The notes: a model not told the origin generated them from the sequence alone. 64,000 bases of DNA from Thermodesulfobacteriota bacterium (GCA_965203965.1 CBDBDR010000017.1:1120001-1184000), one strand, 5' to 3'. Shown: positions 19,030 to 29,271, counted from the stretch's first letter. A program made the numbers and translations.

Positions 19030-20484
19030 CTATTTTCTCCAGAAAATCGGAGTAAAAATGACAAGAACAGTGTACAACTCCAACCTGCCGAGGATCATTA
19101 AAAAACAGAGCCATAATTTGGAAAAACTGGACAGAAATTTATAGGTGTTGGCAGGTCCCAATTCCCCTAAGCCCGGACCCACGTTCCCGATAGATGCCGC
19201 ACATGCCGATAGCGCACCTATAACTGATATATCCTCAACCATCAGTATTAGAAGAACGGACAATACAAATATAAATATATAAAGGATGAAAAAGCTGGTA
19301 ACACTTGATACGGCTTCATCATTCACCACTTTCTGGTTGACTCTTATGGGTAGAACAGCTCGCGGGCTTATAAGTTGACCTATCTCTCTGTAACCCTTTT
19401 TAACTAAAATCAGTATCCGAAGTACCTTGATTGATCCCGACGTTGAACCTGCACAAGCACCTATGAACATTAAGGTAAATATTGCAAAGGTGGAAAATTT
19501 GGGCCAGTCGGCGTAATCCACGGAACTAAAGCCGGTCGTGGTTAGAATTGAGATGACTTGGAAGGATGAATATCTGAGAGAATCAAAAAATGTGTAATAA
19601 TCTGTTATCCAAAGGTCTATACAAACAACAGAAATAAAACCAAAAACCAGAAATACATAAAACCTTAACTCAGAATTTCTGAACACTTCCGAAAATTTGC
19701 CACTTAACAAGAAATAGTGGAGAAGAAAATTGATCCCGGCAATGAACATAAAAAACATTACTAATAACTCAACCAGTAAACTGTTATAGCCACCGATACT
19801 TGTGTTGTTTATCGTAAAACCACCAATAGACAAAGTGCTGAATGAAGTAACAACGGAATCAAATAAAGGCATACCGCAAAGTAGGAGCAGACCAACCAGT
19901 AGAAACGACAGTCCTATATATACGACCCATAGCTTTTTAGCAGTCTCAGCAATCTTTGGTGTCAATTTTTCTTTTACAAATCCTGGGGACTCGAGCTTCA
20001 TAAGCTGCATGCCTCCCACGGATAACTTCGGCAATATGGCGATTCCCAACACTATGATTCCCATTCCACCCAACCACTGGGTAAAACTCCTGTAAAAAAG
20101 TAGGCCTCGTGGTAATTCCGCCAAATCGTTGATAACACTCGCGCCAGTAGTGGTAAACCCTGCCACGGACTCAAACCAAGCATCCACTGGATTTGAGAAT
20201 ATTGATGTGAAGAGATAGGGAAGAGATCCATATAAACTGGCAACAATCCAGCACAAAAAAGCTACAATGAAAGCCTCTTTTCTGCCTAATTCATTTATAT
20301 TTTCTGCTTCTTTATTCAATACTTTCAAAAGCAAGCCCGAAGCTGCCGTTATTAATGCCGTCAATAAAAAGTAGTATTCATCTCCCTCTCTATAGATCAT
20401 GGAGCATAGGAAAGGTATCAGCATCAATACACCTAAAAACTGTAAAAAAGTGCCAACTATGTATAAACAGAGCCTCAGGTTCAT
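19030..20484 (-). CDS. trkH: TrkH-family potassium uptake protein
   Basis: FESVAGFTTTGAS, QWLGGMGII, GSTSGSIK, GNVGPG, GRLELY. Confidence 0.95.
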   Translation of the reverse strand: MNLRLCLYIVGTFLQFLGVLMLIPFLCSMIYREGDEYYFLLTALITAASGLLLKVLNKEAENINELGRKEAFIVAFLCWIVASLYGSLPYLFTSIFSNPVDAWFESVAGFTTTGASVINDLAELPRGLLFYRSFTQWLGGMGIIVLGIAILPKLSVGGMQLMKLESPGFVKEKLTPKIAETAKKLWVVYIGLSFLLVGLLLLCGMPLFDSVVTSFSTLSIGGFTINNTSIGGYNSLLVELLVMFFMFIAGINFLLHYFLLSGKFSEVFRNSELRFYVFLVFGFISVVCIDLWITDYYTFFDSLRYSSFQVISILTTTGFSSVDYADWPKFSTFAIFTLMFIGACAGSTSGSIKVLRILILVKKGYREIGQLISPRAVLPIRVNQKVVNDEAVSSVTSFFILYIFIFVLSVLLILMVEDISVIGALSACAASIGNVGPGLGELGPANTYKFLSSFSKLWLCFLMILGRLELYTVLVIFTPIFWRK

Positions 20485-20561
20485 GTCTCAACTACTCCAG
20501 TGTCTCCACGATAGATAATGCATTATCATAGTGAATTATTTAGCTAATTTGATAAGTGTAT

Positions 20562-20885
20562 CTATTTTTTTATCGGCTCATTAGATCTAACGTTCAAACC
20601 TTGCTCATATTTTTTTAAAACGTAAAGCAGTTGCACGGAACCCACTTCCAACAGCAAACAACCAGACATTACAACCAGCCCGGAAAGGTTGTCTAAAATA
20701 AATTGAAGATATACACCATATATAACACCGAGAAACCCAGGTAATACACCTATTGCCCTGATCAAATATCTGGAATATTTTATATAATTGCTGTTTGTAA
20801 AAGCCATTCTCAAAGATAAAATGCAGAGTAATAGTATAGTCAGACAGATAGCATATAAAACTGGTAACAACTGTTCATAACTCAT
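20562..20885 (-). CDS. Hypothetical membrane protein
   Basis: Three hydrophobic segments; co-oriented with neighbours. Confidence 0.55.
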   Translation of the reverse strand: MSYEQLLPVLYAICLTILLLCILSLRMAFTNSNYIKYSRYLIRAIGVLPGFLGVIYGVYLQFILDNLSGLVVMSGCLLLEVGSVQLLYVLKKYEQGLNVRSNEPIKK

Positions 20886-20908
20886 ATCAATCGCGCATCC
20901 CAGACCCT

Positions 20909-21214
20909 TTAGGAAGAAAGACCTTCTATCTCTTTGGCAAGGTTTATATCTTTAATTGTAATACCACCCTCACTATGAGTAGAGAGAACAATTACAACTT
21001 TCCTGTATTTGATCAGTATATCAGGATGATGATTGGCTTTTTCGGCCAGAACTGCAATCCTATTTACAAATCCCATAGCATCTATAAAATCTTTTAGCAT
21101 ATAAGTTTTTGTTATTTCATCACCCGATTTGCTCCAACCATCTAGTTCCTTTAAAAAATCTTTGATCTCATTGTCTTTCAGTAACACTGTTTTAACACCC
21201 CCCTTTTTTGCCAT
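20909..21214 (-). CDS. Pterin-4-alpha-carbinolamine dehydratase
   Basis: AEKANHHPD, STHSEGGIT.KD. Confidence 0.92.
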   Translation of the reverse strand: MAKKGGVKTVLLKDNEIKDFLKELDGWSKSGDEITKTYMLKDFIDAMGFVNRIAVLAEKANHHPDILIKYRKVVIVLSTHSEGGITIKDINLAKEIEGLSS

Positions 21215-21267
21215 ACCTACTTATTGGGTTCAAAGTCATGTTTCATTATAGATTAAAATTTGTTTAA

Positions 21268-21768
21268 ATGACAGGTATAAGAATGTTTAGTGTTTTCATA
21301 GGAATTGGATCCAATCTGGAAAACAGGACTGAAAATTGTCTTAAGGCTTTAAGATCAATTTCAGAATTTTCAACTATCAAAACCGTATCCTCTTTTTACG
21401 AAACCAAGCCTGTGGGTAGGGAAAATCAACCTGACTTCATTAATGCAGTCGCAAAGGTAAGTACACAGCTTTCATCTGATGATTTGCTGACTTCATTAAA
21501 AGCCGTAGAAAAACAGATGGGACGTAAAGACGGCAAAAGATGGGAGCCAAGAATAATAGACCTTGACATACTATTTTATGAAAACTTCGTGATAGAATCC
21601 CTAGAATTGACCATTCCTCACAAAGAACTCCACAGGAGAAGATTTGTCCTTGAACCTCTTTGTGAGATCGCCCCTTATTTTGAACACCCAATATTAAAGC
21701 AAACAGTAAGCAAACTGTTAAAAAACCTTGAGGACGGAAAAGAAGTTAAAATAATTGGCAATTTCTAG
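21268..21768 (+). CDS. folK: 6-hydroxymethyl-7,8-dihydropterin pyrophosphokinase
   Basis: IGIGSNL, QPDFINAV, PRIIDLDIL, PH...RRFVL.PL. Confidence 0.95.
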   Translation: MTGIRMFSVFIGIGSNLENRTENCLKALRSISEFSTIKTVSSFYETKPVGRENQPDFINAVAKVSTQLSSDDLLTSLKAVEKQMGRKDGKRWEPRIIDLDILFYENFVIESLELTIPHKELHRRRFVLEPLCEIAPYFEHPILKQTVSKLLKNLEDGKEVKIIGNF

Positions 21769-21862
21769 ACAGTTAATCAATAATTAAATCTCTTTGTTTT
21801 CCTAATTCTAAATAATTTATCAACAATCACACCAGTAAAATTGGTTGTGCCACAGCCATGTA

Positions 21863-22726
21863 TTAACCAGATAATCTGACGGATGTCATCTTAGCTGATT
21901 CGAGGGTGTTCCAAAGCAGCATTGTAATAGTCATGGGACCTACCCCACCCGGAACAGGTGTAATGTAGGAGGTTTTTTTGCCAACATCTTCAAAATCTAC
22001 GTCTCCTTTCAGTTTTCCGTCTTCGCCTCTGTTGATACCTACATCTATCACCACAGCTCCGTCTTTTACCATATCAGACTTAATAAAATTAGCCCTTCCT
22101 ATCGCTGCCACGAGTATATCAGCTCTTGCGGTAACTTCCCCTAATTTTCCAGTCCTTGAATGACAGATAGTAACAGTAGCATGCCTGTGCAAAAGTAGCA
22201 TCCCCACCGGCTTGCCAACAATATTACTCCTGCCCACTACTACTGCTTCTTTACCTTTAATTTCAATATTATAGTAATCAAGCATCTTTATAATTCCGTA
22301 AGGTGTGCAGGAAATAAATCTAGGATTCCCTTCAACTAACATACCAACGTTTTCAGGATGAAAACCATCTACGTCTTTAAGTGGTGATATTTTTCTTAAA
22401 ATATTCGTCTCATTTATCTGACCGGGCAGTGGTAGCTGAACTAAAATTCCATGAATCTTTTCATCCTTGTTTAATTTTTCAATCAACCTCAGCAACTGTT
22501 CTTCGGTTGTTTGTTGGGACAACTTGTGCTCTTCGGAATAAATACCGACTTTTTCACAAGCTTTCCTTTTGTTCCTAACGTATATTTCGGACGCAGGATT
22601 ATCCCCAATAAGCACAGCTGCAAGCCCTGGAGTTATCCCAGTAGTGCTTTTCAGTTCTTGCACACTTTTTTTTATTTCCGCCCTTGTGTCCTCGGACACT
22701 TTTTTACCGTCAATTAGTTTGGATAT
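21863..22726 (-). CDS. folD: Bifunctional methylene-THF dehydrogenase/cyclohydrolase (probable ATA/ATT start upstream of called GTG 22699)
   Basis: GILVQLPLP, KDVDGFHP, GRSNIVGKP, TPVPGGVGPMT; in-frame upstream ISKLIDGKKVS. Confidence 0.93.
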   Translation of the reverse strand: MSKLIDGKKVSEDTRAEIKKSVQELKSTTGITPGLAAVLIGDNPASEIYVRNKRKACEKVGIYSEEHKLSQQTTEEQLLRLIEKLNKDEKIHGILVQLPLPGQINETNILRKISPLKDVDGFHPENVGMLVEGNPRFISCTPYGIIKMLDYYNIEIKGKEAVVVGRSNIVGKPVGMLLLHRHATVTICHSRTGKLGEVTARADILVAAIGRANFIKSDMVKDGAVVIDVGINRGEDGKLKGDVDFEDVGKKTSYITPVPGGVGPMTITMLLWNTLESAKMTSVRLSG

Positions 22727-22827
22727 AATGCAACCCCGGTGATTCTAAAATAATTTATTACAAGGATTGATTATAGTAACTAATAGTGGCTGAAATTACA
22801 TTAGCACTCTGATTTTGCAATTCAGTG

Positions 22828-23631
22828 TCAACCCATATTCCATGAATGATTCAAAAGCACGTTCCCATTTGCCGTGAGCGAACCGTTTTTAATCGCCTGA
22901 AAAATATAGTTTTTGGCACAAACTATTGTATCTTTCAATTCATAACTCTTGGCAAGGTAGGCACAAATCGCAGAAGAAACTGTGCAACCTGTACCATGAA
23001 CGTTATTGAATTTAAGCCGCTTTGTTTTGTATTCTCTAAATTCATTTCCATCAAAAAAAATATCTGTTGAAAACTCTGGGTCGTCTATATGTCCTCCTTT
23101 CAAAAACACAGAACTACATCCAAACCCTTTTATATATTCCGACGCTTTTTTCATACTTGTCAGGTTATTAATCATCATTCCGGTCATCACTTCAGCTTCA
23201 GGAACGTTAGGGGTAACCACGCAACATTGAGGCATAAGCATATCAATAAGTTCTGAAACCGCGTCATCATCCAGAAGTTTGCAACCACTTGCCGATACCA
23301 TAACAGGGTCCAATACGACTTTGCTGATCTCATACTGCTCAAGTTTCCTTGAAACTGATCTTACAACGTCAACATTTGAGAGCATACCAATCTTTACAGC
23401 ATCACATCTCACCATATCGTCCATAACTGCGTCAAATTGTTCCTCTATGAAGCCAGTAGGCAGATTATATATGGAACGGACACCAAGGGTATTTTGAGCA
23501 GTGAGAGATGTTATAACTGACTGTCCATGTACTTTGAGAGCAGCAAACGTTTTAATATCAGCCTGAATACCTGCCCCGCCGCATGGGTCGGACCCAGCAA
23601 CTGTCAATGCACACGGGAGGTTGTTGGTCAT
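22828..23631 (-). CDS. thiD: Hydroxymethylpyrimidine/phosphomethylpyrimidine kinase
   Basis: TVAGSD..GGAGIQAD, TAQNT, TPNVPEA, LKGGH, HGTGC. Confidence 0.96.
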   Translation of the reverse strand: MTNNLPCALTVAGSDPCGGAGIQADIKTFAALKVHGQSVITSLTAQNTLGVRSIYNLPTGFIEEQFDAVMDDMVRCDAVKIGMLSNVDVVRSVSRKLEQYEISKVVLDPVMVSASGCKLLDDDAVSELIDMLMPQCCVVTPNVPEAEVMTGMMINNLTSMKKASEYIKGFGCSSVFLKGGHIDDPEFSTDIFFDGNEFREYKTKRLKFNNVHGTGCTVSSAICAYLAKSYELKDTIVCAKNYIFQAIKNGSLTANGNVLLNHSWNMG

Positions 23632-23727
23632 GCCTTAAATTCTACAAATGGTTTTCATATTTTACAAACCAATCGGGTTTGAATATACTGTTCTTTGAGA
23701 AATTTTATGTAAAAGAAGGAGTTTTTT

Positions 23728-24144
23728 ATGAGTGACAATAACGAAATTTTTAGGGATGACCTATTTACCACCGATGAAGAAGGCAGAGTAAGACTGATCG
23801 CAGGTTACTCAAAAGAGTCCGACAACTACACTTTTCCTAAGTATTTAGCCGACCCCGTCAGTTTCTCTGATGATGTTGAAGAAAAATTATTAAGCCCTAA
23901 AGGCGTATTACACTCATTTACAATAGTAAGAAGAAGCATGCCAGAATTTCCTGTCCCTTATGCTCTTGCTCTTGTGGATTTTCCGGAAAAAGTCAGGATA
24001 ATGGCACAAGTTGAGACAAAAAACATGGAAGATCTTCGGATTGGAGAAGAGATGGCAGTCAACACGGGCGTGGTGAAAAAATCCCCGGATGGCAAGGAAG
24101 TAATTTCCTACAAATTCACTCCTGTGAGGGAAATGGAAAAATAA
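23728..24144 (+). CDS. DUF35-type OB-fold protein
   Basis: GVLHSFTIV...PVPYALALVD..VRIMAQ..YKFTP. Confidence 0.8.
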   Translation: MSDNNEIFRDDLFTTDEEGRVRLIAGYSKESDNYTFPKYLADPVSFSDDVEEKLLSPKGVLHSFTIVRRSMPEFPVPYALALVDFPEKVRIMAQVETKNMEDLRIGEEMAVNTGVVKKSPDGKEVISYKFTPVREMEK

Positions 24145-24376
24145 ACTGTTAGAAGGACTACAGTAGCCAGACTATTTCAGAAGGAAAAGCCTACAAAAGG
24201 TTTAGATATAGCCTACAGAACTCATCCAATACATTCCCGTATCAACCCTGATGTGGAAAAACCTTGCATCAACAATCCTTTCTCTAAAATCAAGATTTTT
24301 CACACTGTCAACACCGTCCCAATAATGGCTTTAACAAAACTTTCAGCATGTTATCATTGGTTAAACGGGTGTTTAA

Positions 24377-25378
24377 ATGAGCGATTATAGCTTTAAAGCA
24401 ATGGTGGTTACGGAGACACAAAGAAAATTCACCAGACAAATTTTGCAGAAAAATTTAGACAGCCTTCCCGATGGCGATGTTCTGATAAAAGTAAAATTCT
24501 CATCTCTAAACTATAAAGATGCTCTTTCTGCAATCGGCAACAGGGGTGTTACTAAAAATTACCCTCATACACCAGGAGTTGATGCCGCAGGTATTGTTGA
24601 ACACTCAAACAGCAGAAACTTTTACCCTGGAGATGAGGTGATCATACATGGCTATGATCTAGGAATGAACACTCCCGGTGGATTTGGACAGTATATCAAA
24701 GTCCCTGCTAGCTGGATCGTAAAACTTCCAGAAGAATTGTCCTTAAAAGAGTCAATGATGTATGGAACAGCAGGGTTTACTGCCGCCCAATCTGTATTTA
24801 AAATCAGAAAAAATGGAATAAAAGCCGAACATGGAAAAATTCTTGTAACTGGTGCAACAGGAGGAGTTGGTAGTCTGGCAGTAGCTATACTGAGCAAAGC
24901 AGGTTATGAAATAATCGCTTCCACGGGCAAAACTGAACAAGAAGAGTTTCTCAAAAACATAGGAGCCTCTGAAGTCATCAGCAGGGAAGATCTAATTGAT
25001 CAGACAGAAAAGTTGCTACTCAAGGGGCAATGGTCAGGGGTAGTAGATACCGTGGGAGGAAAAATACTCTCAACTGCTTTACAATCCACAAGTCAAAGGG
25101 GGATTGTAACAACATGCGGCAATGTTGCTTCCCATAAACTTAACACAAATGTTTACCCGTTTATATTGAGAGGTATTAGCCTGATTGGAATTGACTCTGC
25201 AAACTGCACTATGAATAGAAGGGTGAAAATATGGGAAATGATGTCTGATGAATGGAAAATAGACTGTCTTGATCAAATTTGTAGGAAGGTAGTCTGCCTT
25301 GAAGATGTCAGTAGTGAGATCGATTTGATGCTAAACGGAAGCCAGATAGGGAGAGTGGTTGTTGATCTGTGGAGTTGA
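24377..25378 (+). CDS. YhdH/AcuI-family NADPH oxidoreductase (acrylyl-CoA reductase-like)
   Basis: SSLNYKDAL, GTAGFTAA, VTGATGGVGS, PFILRG. Confidence 0.92.
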   Translation: MSDYSFKAMVVTETQRKFTRQILQKNLDSLPDGDVLIKVKFSSLNYKDALSAIGNRGVTKNYPHTPGVDAAGIVEHSNSRNFYPGDEVIIHGYDLGMNTPGGFGQYIKVPASWIVKLPEELSLKESMMYGTAGFTAAQSVFKIRKNGIKAEHGKILVTGATGGVGSLAVAILSKAGYEIIASTGKTEQEEFLKNIGASEVISREDLIDQTEKLLLKGQWSGVVDTVGGKILSTALQSTSQRGIVTTCGNVASHKLNTNVYPFILRGISLIGIDSANCTMNRRVKIWEMMSDEWKIDCLDQICRKVVCLEDVSSEIDLMLNGSQIGRVVVDLWS

Positions 25379-25406
25379 CAGGAATTGTCTTCACAAACAT
25401 TGAGAT

Positions 25407-26801
25407 ATGAGAAATACTAAAATTATTTGCACAATCAGTCCTATAACCGGTTCTGAAAAAAAGCTAACTGAAATGTATAAAGCAGGTATGAATGCTGTTC
25501 GTCTTAACATGACACACGGTGACCATGAATCACACCTCAAAATCATTAAGTTGGTTACCAAGCTCAATAAAACCTTTAAATACCCTGTCCCAATAATCCT
25601 GGATACGCAGGGGCCTGAGGTAAGAACGGGTACTTTGCAAAATGATATAAAGCTAGAAAAGGGAGACATTATCATTGTATCCGTAAGAGGGAGAGACGTA
25701 GAGGAAAGTTCAATTCATATTGATTATGATGACCTTATTAACGCCGTCAACGAAGGGGATAAAATAACGGTTGACAACGGACTGATAAATTTAAGGGTAC
25801 TAAAGAAAAATCAGGGGCTCCTTAAATGTAAAATACTCGATGGTGGCACATTAAAAAGTAAGAGGCACGTTAATCTTCCAGGCATAAGAATCAACCTACC
25901 TTCAATCACAAACAAAGACAAAAAAGATATTCTTTTTGGAATTAAAAATAATATTGATTGTATAGCCCTTTCTTTTGTAAGAGAGGCTGAAGATATTAAA
26001 GAGCTTAAGAGATTTTTGGGAAAAAATGCCGACAAGATAAAAATCATCTCTAAAATAGAGGATCAGGAAGGAGTTCGTAATATAGAAAAAATTATTGATG
26101 TTTCCGATGGGGTTATGGTAGCACGGGGAGACCTCGGAATTGAAATCAGCATAGAGGAGTTGCCCAATATACAAAGAAATATTGTAAGACTTTGCCAGGA
26201 AAAGGGAAAAAGAGTTATAGTTGCCACACATTTGTTAGAGTCTATGATTGAAAACCCGATTCCCACACGTGCGGAGGTTACAGATGTTGCCAATGCAATA
26301 TATGAAGAAGTTGACGCAGTAATGCTTTCGGGGGAAACATCCATTGGGAAACATCCTATAAGCTCTATAAAACACATTAACAAAATTGCAATAGCTTCCG
26401 AAAAGCATCCAGGCCTCAATTTCCGAAAAAACCTCATCAAAACTAATGAAAAACAGCACATTGCTGCCACAGCAGTGGGTTTGGCAGAAGCAATAAACTC
26501 AAAAGCAGTGGTTGTAATAACAAAGAGAGGCATAATGGCTCAGTATGTAACAAACCGCCGACCTGTAAAAACCTATATATACGCCTTCACCGAAGATAAA
26601 ATGGTGCAAAGGCAACTTGCTTTAAACAGGTCAGTCGCAGCTCATTTAATAAAATTTGATAAGGACCCCGAACAGATAATTAAAAAAGCTATTAATACTC
26701 TAAAAAAGGAAGGGTTTAAATCTGGCGAAAGAATAGTGGTTGTTTCAGATGTAATTACTCGAACCGGCAGCGATGCTATTCAAATAAGAGCAGTGGATTG
26801 A
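25407..26801 (+). CDS. pyk: Pyruvate kinase
   Basis: TKIICT, RLNMTHG, MVARGDLG, PTRAE, MLSGET. Confidence 0.97.
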   Translation: MRNTKIICTISPITGSEKKLTEMYKAGMNAVRLNMTHGDHESHLKIIKLVTKLNKTFKYPVPIILDTQGPEVRTGTLQNDIKLEKGDIIIVSVRGRDVEESSIHIDYDDLINAVNEGDKITVDNGLINLRVLKKNQGLLKCKILDGGTLKSKRHVNLPGIRINLPSITNKDKKDILFGIKNNIDCIALSFVREAEDIKELKRFLGKNADKIKIISKIEDQEGVRNIEKIIDVSDGVMVARGDLGIEISIEELPNIQRNIVRLCQEKGKRVIVATHLLESMIENPIPTRAEVTDVANAIYEEVDAVMLSGETSIGKHPISSIKHINKIAIASEKHPGLNFRKNLIKTNEKQHIAATAVGLAEAINSKAVVVITKRGIMAQYVTNRRPVKTYIYAFTEDKMVQRQLALNRSVAAHLIKFDKDPEQIIKKAINTLKKEGFKSGERIVVVSDVITRTGSDAIQIRAVD

Positions 26802-26953
26802 TGAATAAAAAACTAACAAAATATGAAAGTAAACAAATAGAACTGATCAACGATTGGAAAGCAAAAGAACCGTCTGTCGTTGCAAAATCATTGGGAATTG
26901 TCTTGTCTCCTGCAACACAGTTAGTAAATAGAATAATACCAGACCCTCTATGA
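26801..26953 (+). pseudogene. 50-aa N-terminal fragment resembling EcsC-family proteins
   Basis: ATG overlaps the pyk stop; MNKKLTKYESKQIELINDWKAKEPSVVAKSLGIVLSPATQLVNRIIPDPL*; ends at the convergent DUF4177 gene. Confidence 0.5.
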
Positions 26954-26955
26954 GA

Positions 26956-27168
26956 TTATTTACCTAAAGTTAGGATCATTGACTCTCTTTGCCAAAATAA
27001 GAAAACCCTTTTGGATTCAACTACTTGAAACACTAGGTTCCAGCCATCGACAGCATACTTATTGATCTCATCTTCTATTTTTTGAATTGGTAACTTTGAA
27101 GATCCAAACAACAAAGTCCCTAAGAATCCTTCATAAATTTCCACAACTTTGTATTGGGTGTATCTCAT
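26956..27168 (-). CDS. DUF4177-family small protein
   Basis: YKVVEI.EG.LGTLLFGSS.LP..IN.YA.DGW.LV. Confidence 0.8.
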   Translation of the reverse strand: MRYTQYKVVEIYEGFLGTLLFGSSKLPIQKIEDEINKYAVDGWNLVFQVVESKRVFLFWQRESMILTLGK

Positions 27169-27185
27169 AGAAAATCCCTAATAAT

Positions 27186-27220
27186 AAAAAAGAAGAGGGT
27201 TACCACTTGATAACCCTCTT
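27186..27220 (-). terminator. Rho-independent terminator after ADC-family pair
   Basis: AAGAGGGTTA/TAACCCTCTT stem with U-tract on minus strand. Confidence 0.75.
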
Positions 27221-27258
27221 TCTCGTTTTTAAACGATTGTTAATTCCAACTTAAAGCA

Positions 27259-28230
27259 CTAACACTGGCTATACTGCGGAAGCAGGAAGCGGTGTCTCAT
27301 GGTGTACTCAAATGGTTTTGAGTATACAACATGACCCATATCGTCAGTACTTCTTTCCACGGTTTTAGTCCAGATCGTCTGAGCTGGTGGAATAATCAGG
27401 TTAAATGTAAAACTGATTAGACCAACAACTTCCACATTTCCAAGCTGTCCACCCATGAAATCAAAAGGTGTGCCAGACATATACCAAGAACGAATGTCCT
27501 CTGGAACTGCTGTGCGGATACTGCTCGGATCCAACTGGAAGCGGTGACCCGTTCCAAATCCTGGTGGAAGCTCTGACGGAAGATAAGTAACCTCGTGGAT
27601 ACTATTTGACACATCAGGCCTTGTTGTAATCCTGTAGTTCATACGACCCCAGTCCGTCTTACCATAAAAAGTTGGCTTAGTAGCAAGCGGCCTGTCTGAA
27701 TAACGACCGTTTGCAGTATGGAGAATATAACCACGACGCTCCATTAGATGGTTGAAGTAGTTATTGTTCGTCCCATGCTCAAAACCAGCAATATAAGCAG
27801 CTTTTTTGGGAAATCCAAAAGGCTCCTTACCAGCAAAAATCGGGGAGTCATTTGAAAGATACATATATGGATAGTAACCAGCTTTGTATATCTGGCCATC
27901 ACCAGAATCAACTGTAGCTGAGAATGTTACACCAAACTCCATGTATGGACCTAACATCGTATTTTTGTGAATCACATACCAGAATTCAATTGCATCATCG
28001 GTAACCTGAATCGGTTCCGGTACAACTGCTTTCATGGCATTCTCGTCTGCACGTACACAATAAGCCATCCAACGGCTTTCCGTATACGTTAGAGGAATAA
28101 TGTCATAGTCAAAAACTGGGTCAGCAACACCTTGTGAGATGATGTGAATCCTGTCTCTGTCCAGAGGCAATGGAGGAACTTCACCTTCATCTAACCAAGG
28201 ATAGCTATATTCATTTGCTTGTAAACCCAT
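27259..28230 (-). CDS. Acetoacetate decarboxylase-like superfamily protein (paralog 2)
   Basis: LGPYMEFG, YPYMYLSND.PI.AGKEPFGFPKK (Schiff-base Lys motif). Confidence 0.8.
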   Translation of the reverse strand: MGLQANEYSYPWLDEGEVPPLPLDRDRIHIISQGVADPVFDYDIIPLTYTESRWMAYCVRADENAMKAVVPEPIQVTDDAIEFWYVIHKNTMLGPYMEFGVTFSATVDSGDGQIYKAGYYPYMYLSNDSPIFAGKEPFGFPKKAAYIAGFEHGTNNNYFNHLMERRGYILHTANGRYSDRPLATKPTFYGKTDWGRMNYRITTRPDVSNSIHEVTYLPSELPPGFGTGHRFQLDPSSIRTAVPEDIRSWYMSGTPFDFMGGQLGNVEVVGLISFTFNLIIPPAQTIWTKTVERSTDDMGHVVYSKPFEYTMRHRFLLPQYSQC

Positions 28231-28293
28231 TGTTAATACCTCCTGATAAATTTTTTAAACTCAACAACAAAATGCAATTACCAAAACTCTCTT

Positions 28294-29271
28294 TTATGAA
28301 CCCTGACTTATCGGGAACTGCTGACGTAACCCGTATTTATACGGTGTAGCATAACCCCTGTAGCTTGCAGGACGCTCATATGTTTCAGTCCAAAGAACTT
28401 CAGCAGGCGGAATAACAAGATCAAATACAAAAGATATAAGACCTGTAACCTCCTGAATCTTGACTTCTGCTCCCATGTTGTCAAAAGGAGTAGCTTGTGC
28501 AAACCAGTTAATTGCATCACCAGAAGCTGTTCTTGTGTGCTCCGGCTTAATTTTAAATCTGTGCCCCTGAATCATTGAATCAAACGGTGGGGGCAGTGCT
28601 GATGGAAGATAGGTCAACTGCCATTCAGAACTTGAAACGTCAGGTCTGGTAATAACTTTCATATTGAATTTACCCCAGTCCGTCTTTCCATAAAAGAATG
28701 GAGGCTTAACTTCCTTATCGTCAAACTTACCTGTAGCGCTGTGCATCAGGTAACCGTTACGTGACATGGCAAAACCAAAGAAATCAGTTTCTTTCTCTCC
28801 ACCATGAACGGAGCATCTGATATAGGACATCTTCTTTGGAAAACCAAGAACACGACCCGCATCAACTGGAGCATCGCCAGTAAGATACATATACGGATAG
28901 TAACCAGCTTTATACACATTACCCTTGGGATCTTTATATGTGGCAGAAACAGTTACACCAAATTCTAAGTATGGACCAAGCATTGTGTTCTTATGATCAA
29001 CATACCAGTATTCTACTAAATCTGCATCCTCTCCATCCCATACCGTGAGTGGCGGATTAGGGCAAAGGCGTTGTCTGGTAGCTTCATCGCACCTGACTAT
29101 AAAGGCAGACCAACGGCTGTCTGTGTAGGTTAGAGGCAGAACATCAATATCCCATAGGGGATCTGAAGGATTAGCTATAATCCATGATTTGATGTCTCTC
29201 TCTATTGGAGGTGGTGGAACCTCCTTTGTGAGTTCCCAATACTTACTAGGAACATTTAAATGACTAGGCAT
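28294..29271 (-). CDS. Acetoacetate decarboxylase-like superfamily protein (paralog 1)
   Basis: LGPYLEFG, YPYMYLTGDAPVDAGRVLGFPKK. Confidence 0.8.
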   Translation of the reverse strand: MPSHLNVPSKYWELTKEVPPPPIERDIKSWIIANPSDPLWDIDVLPLTYTDSRWSAFIVRCDEATRQRLCPNPPLTVWDGEDADLVEYWYVDHKNTMLGPYLEFGVTVSATYKDPKGNVYKAGYYPYMYLTGDAPVDAGRVLGFPKKMSYIRCSVHGGEKETDFFGFAMSRNGYLMHSATGKFDDKEVKPPFFYGKTDWGKFNMKVITRPDVSSSEWQLTYLPSALPPPFDSMIQGHRFKIKPEHTRTASGDAINWFAQATPFDNMGAEVKIQEVTGLISFVFDLVIPPAEVLWTETYERPASYRGYATPYKYGLRQQFPISQGS

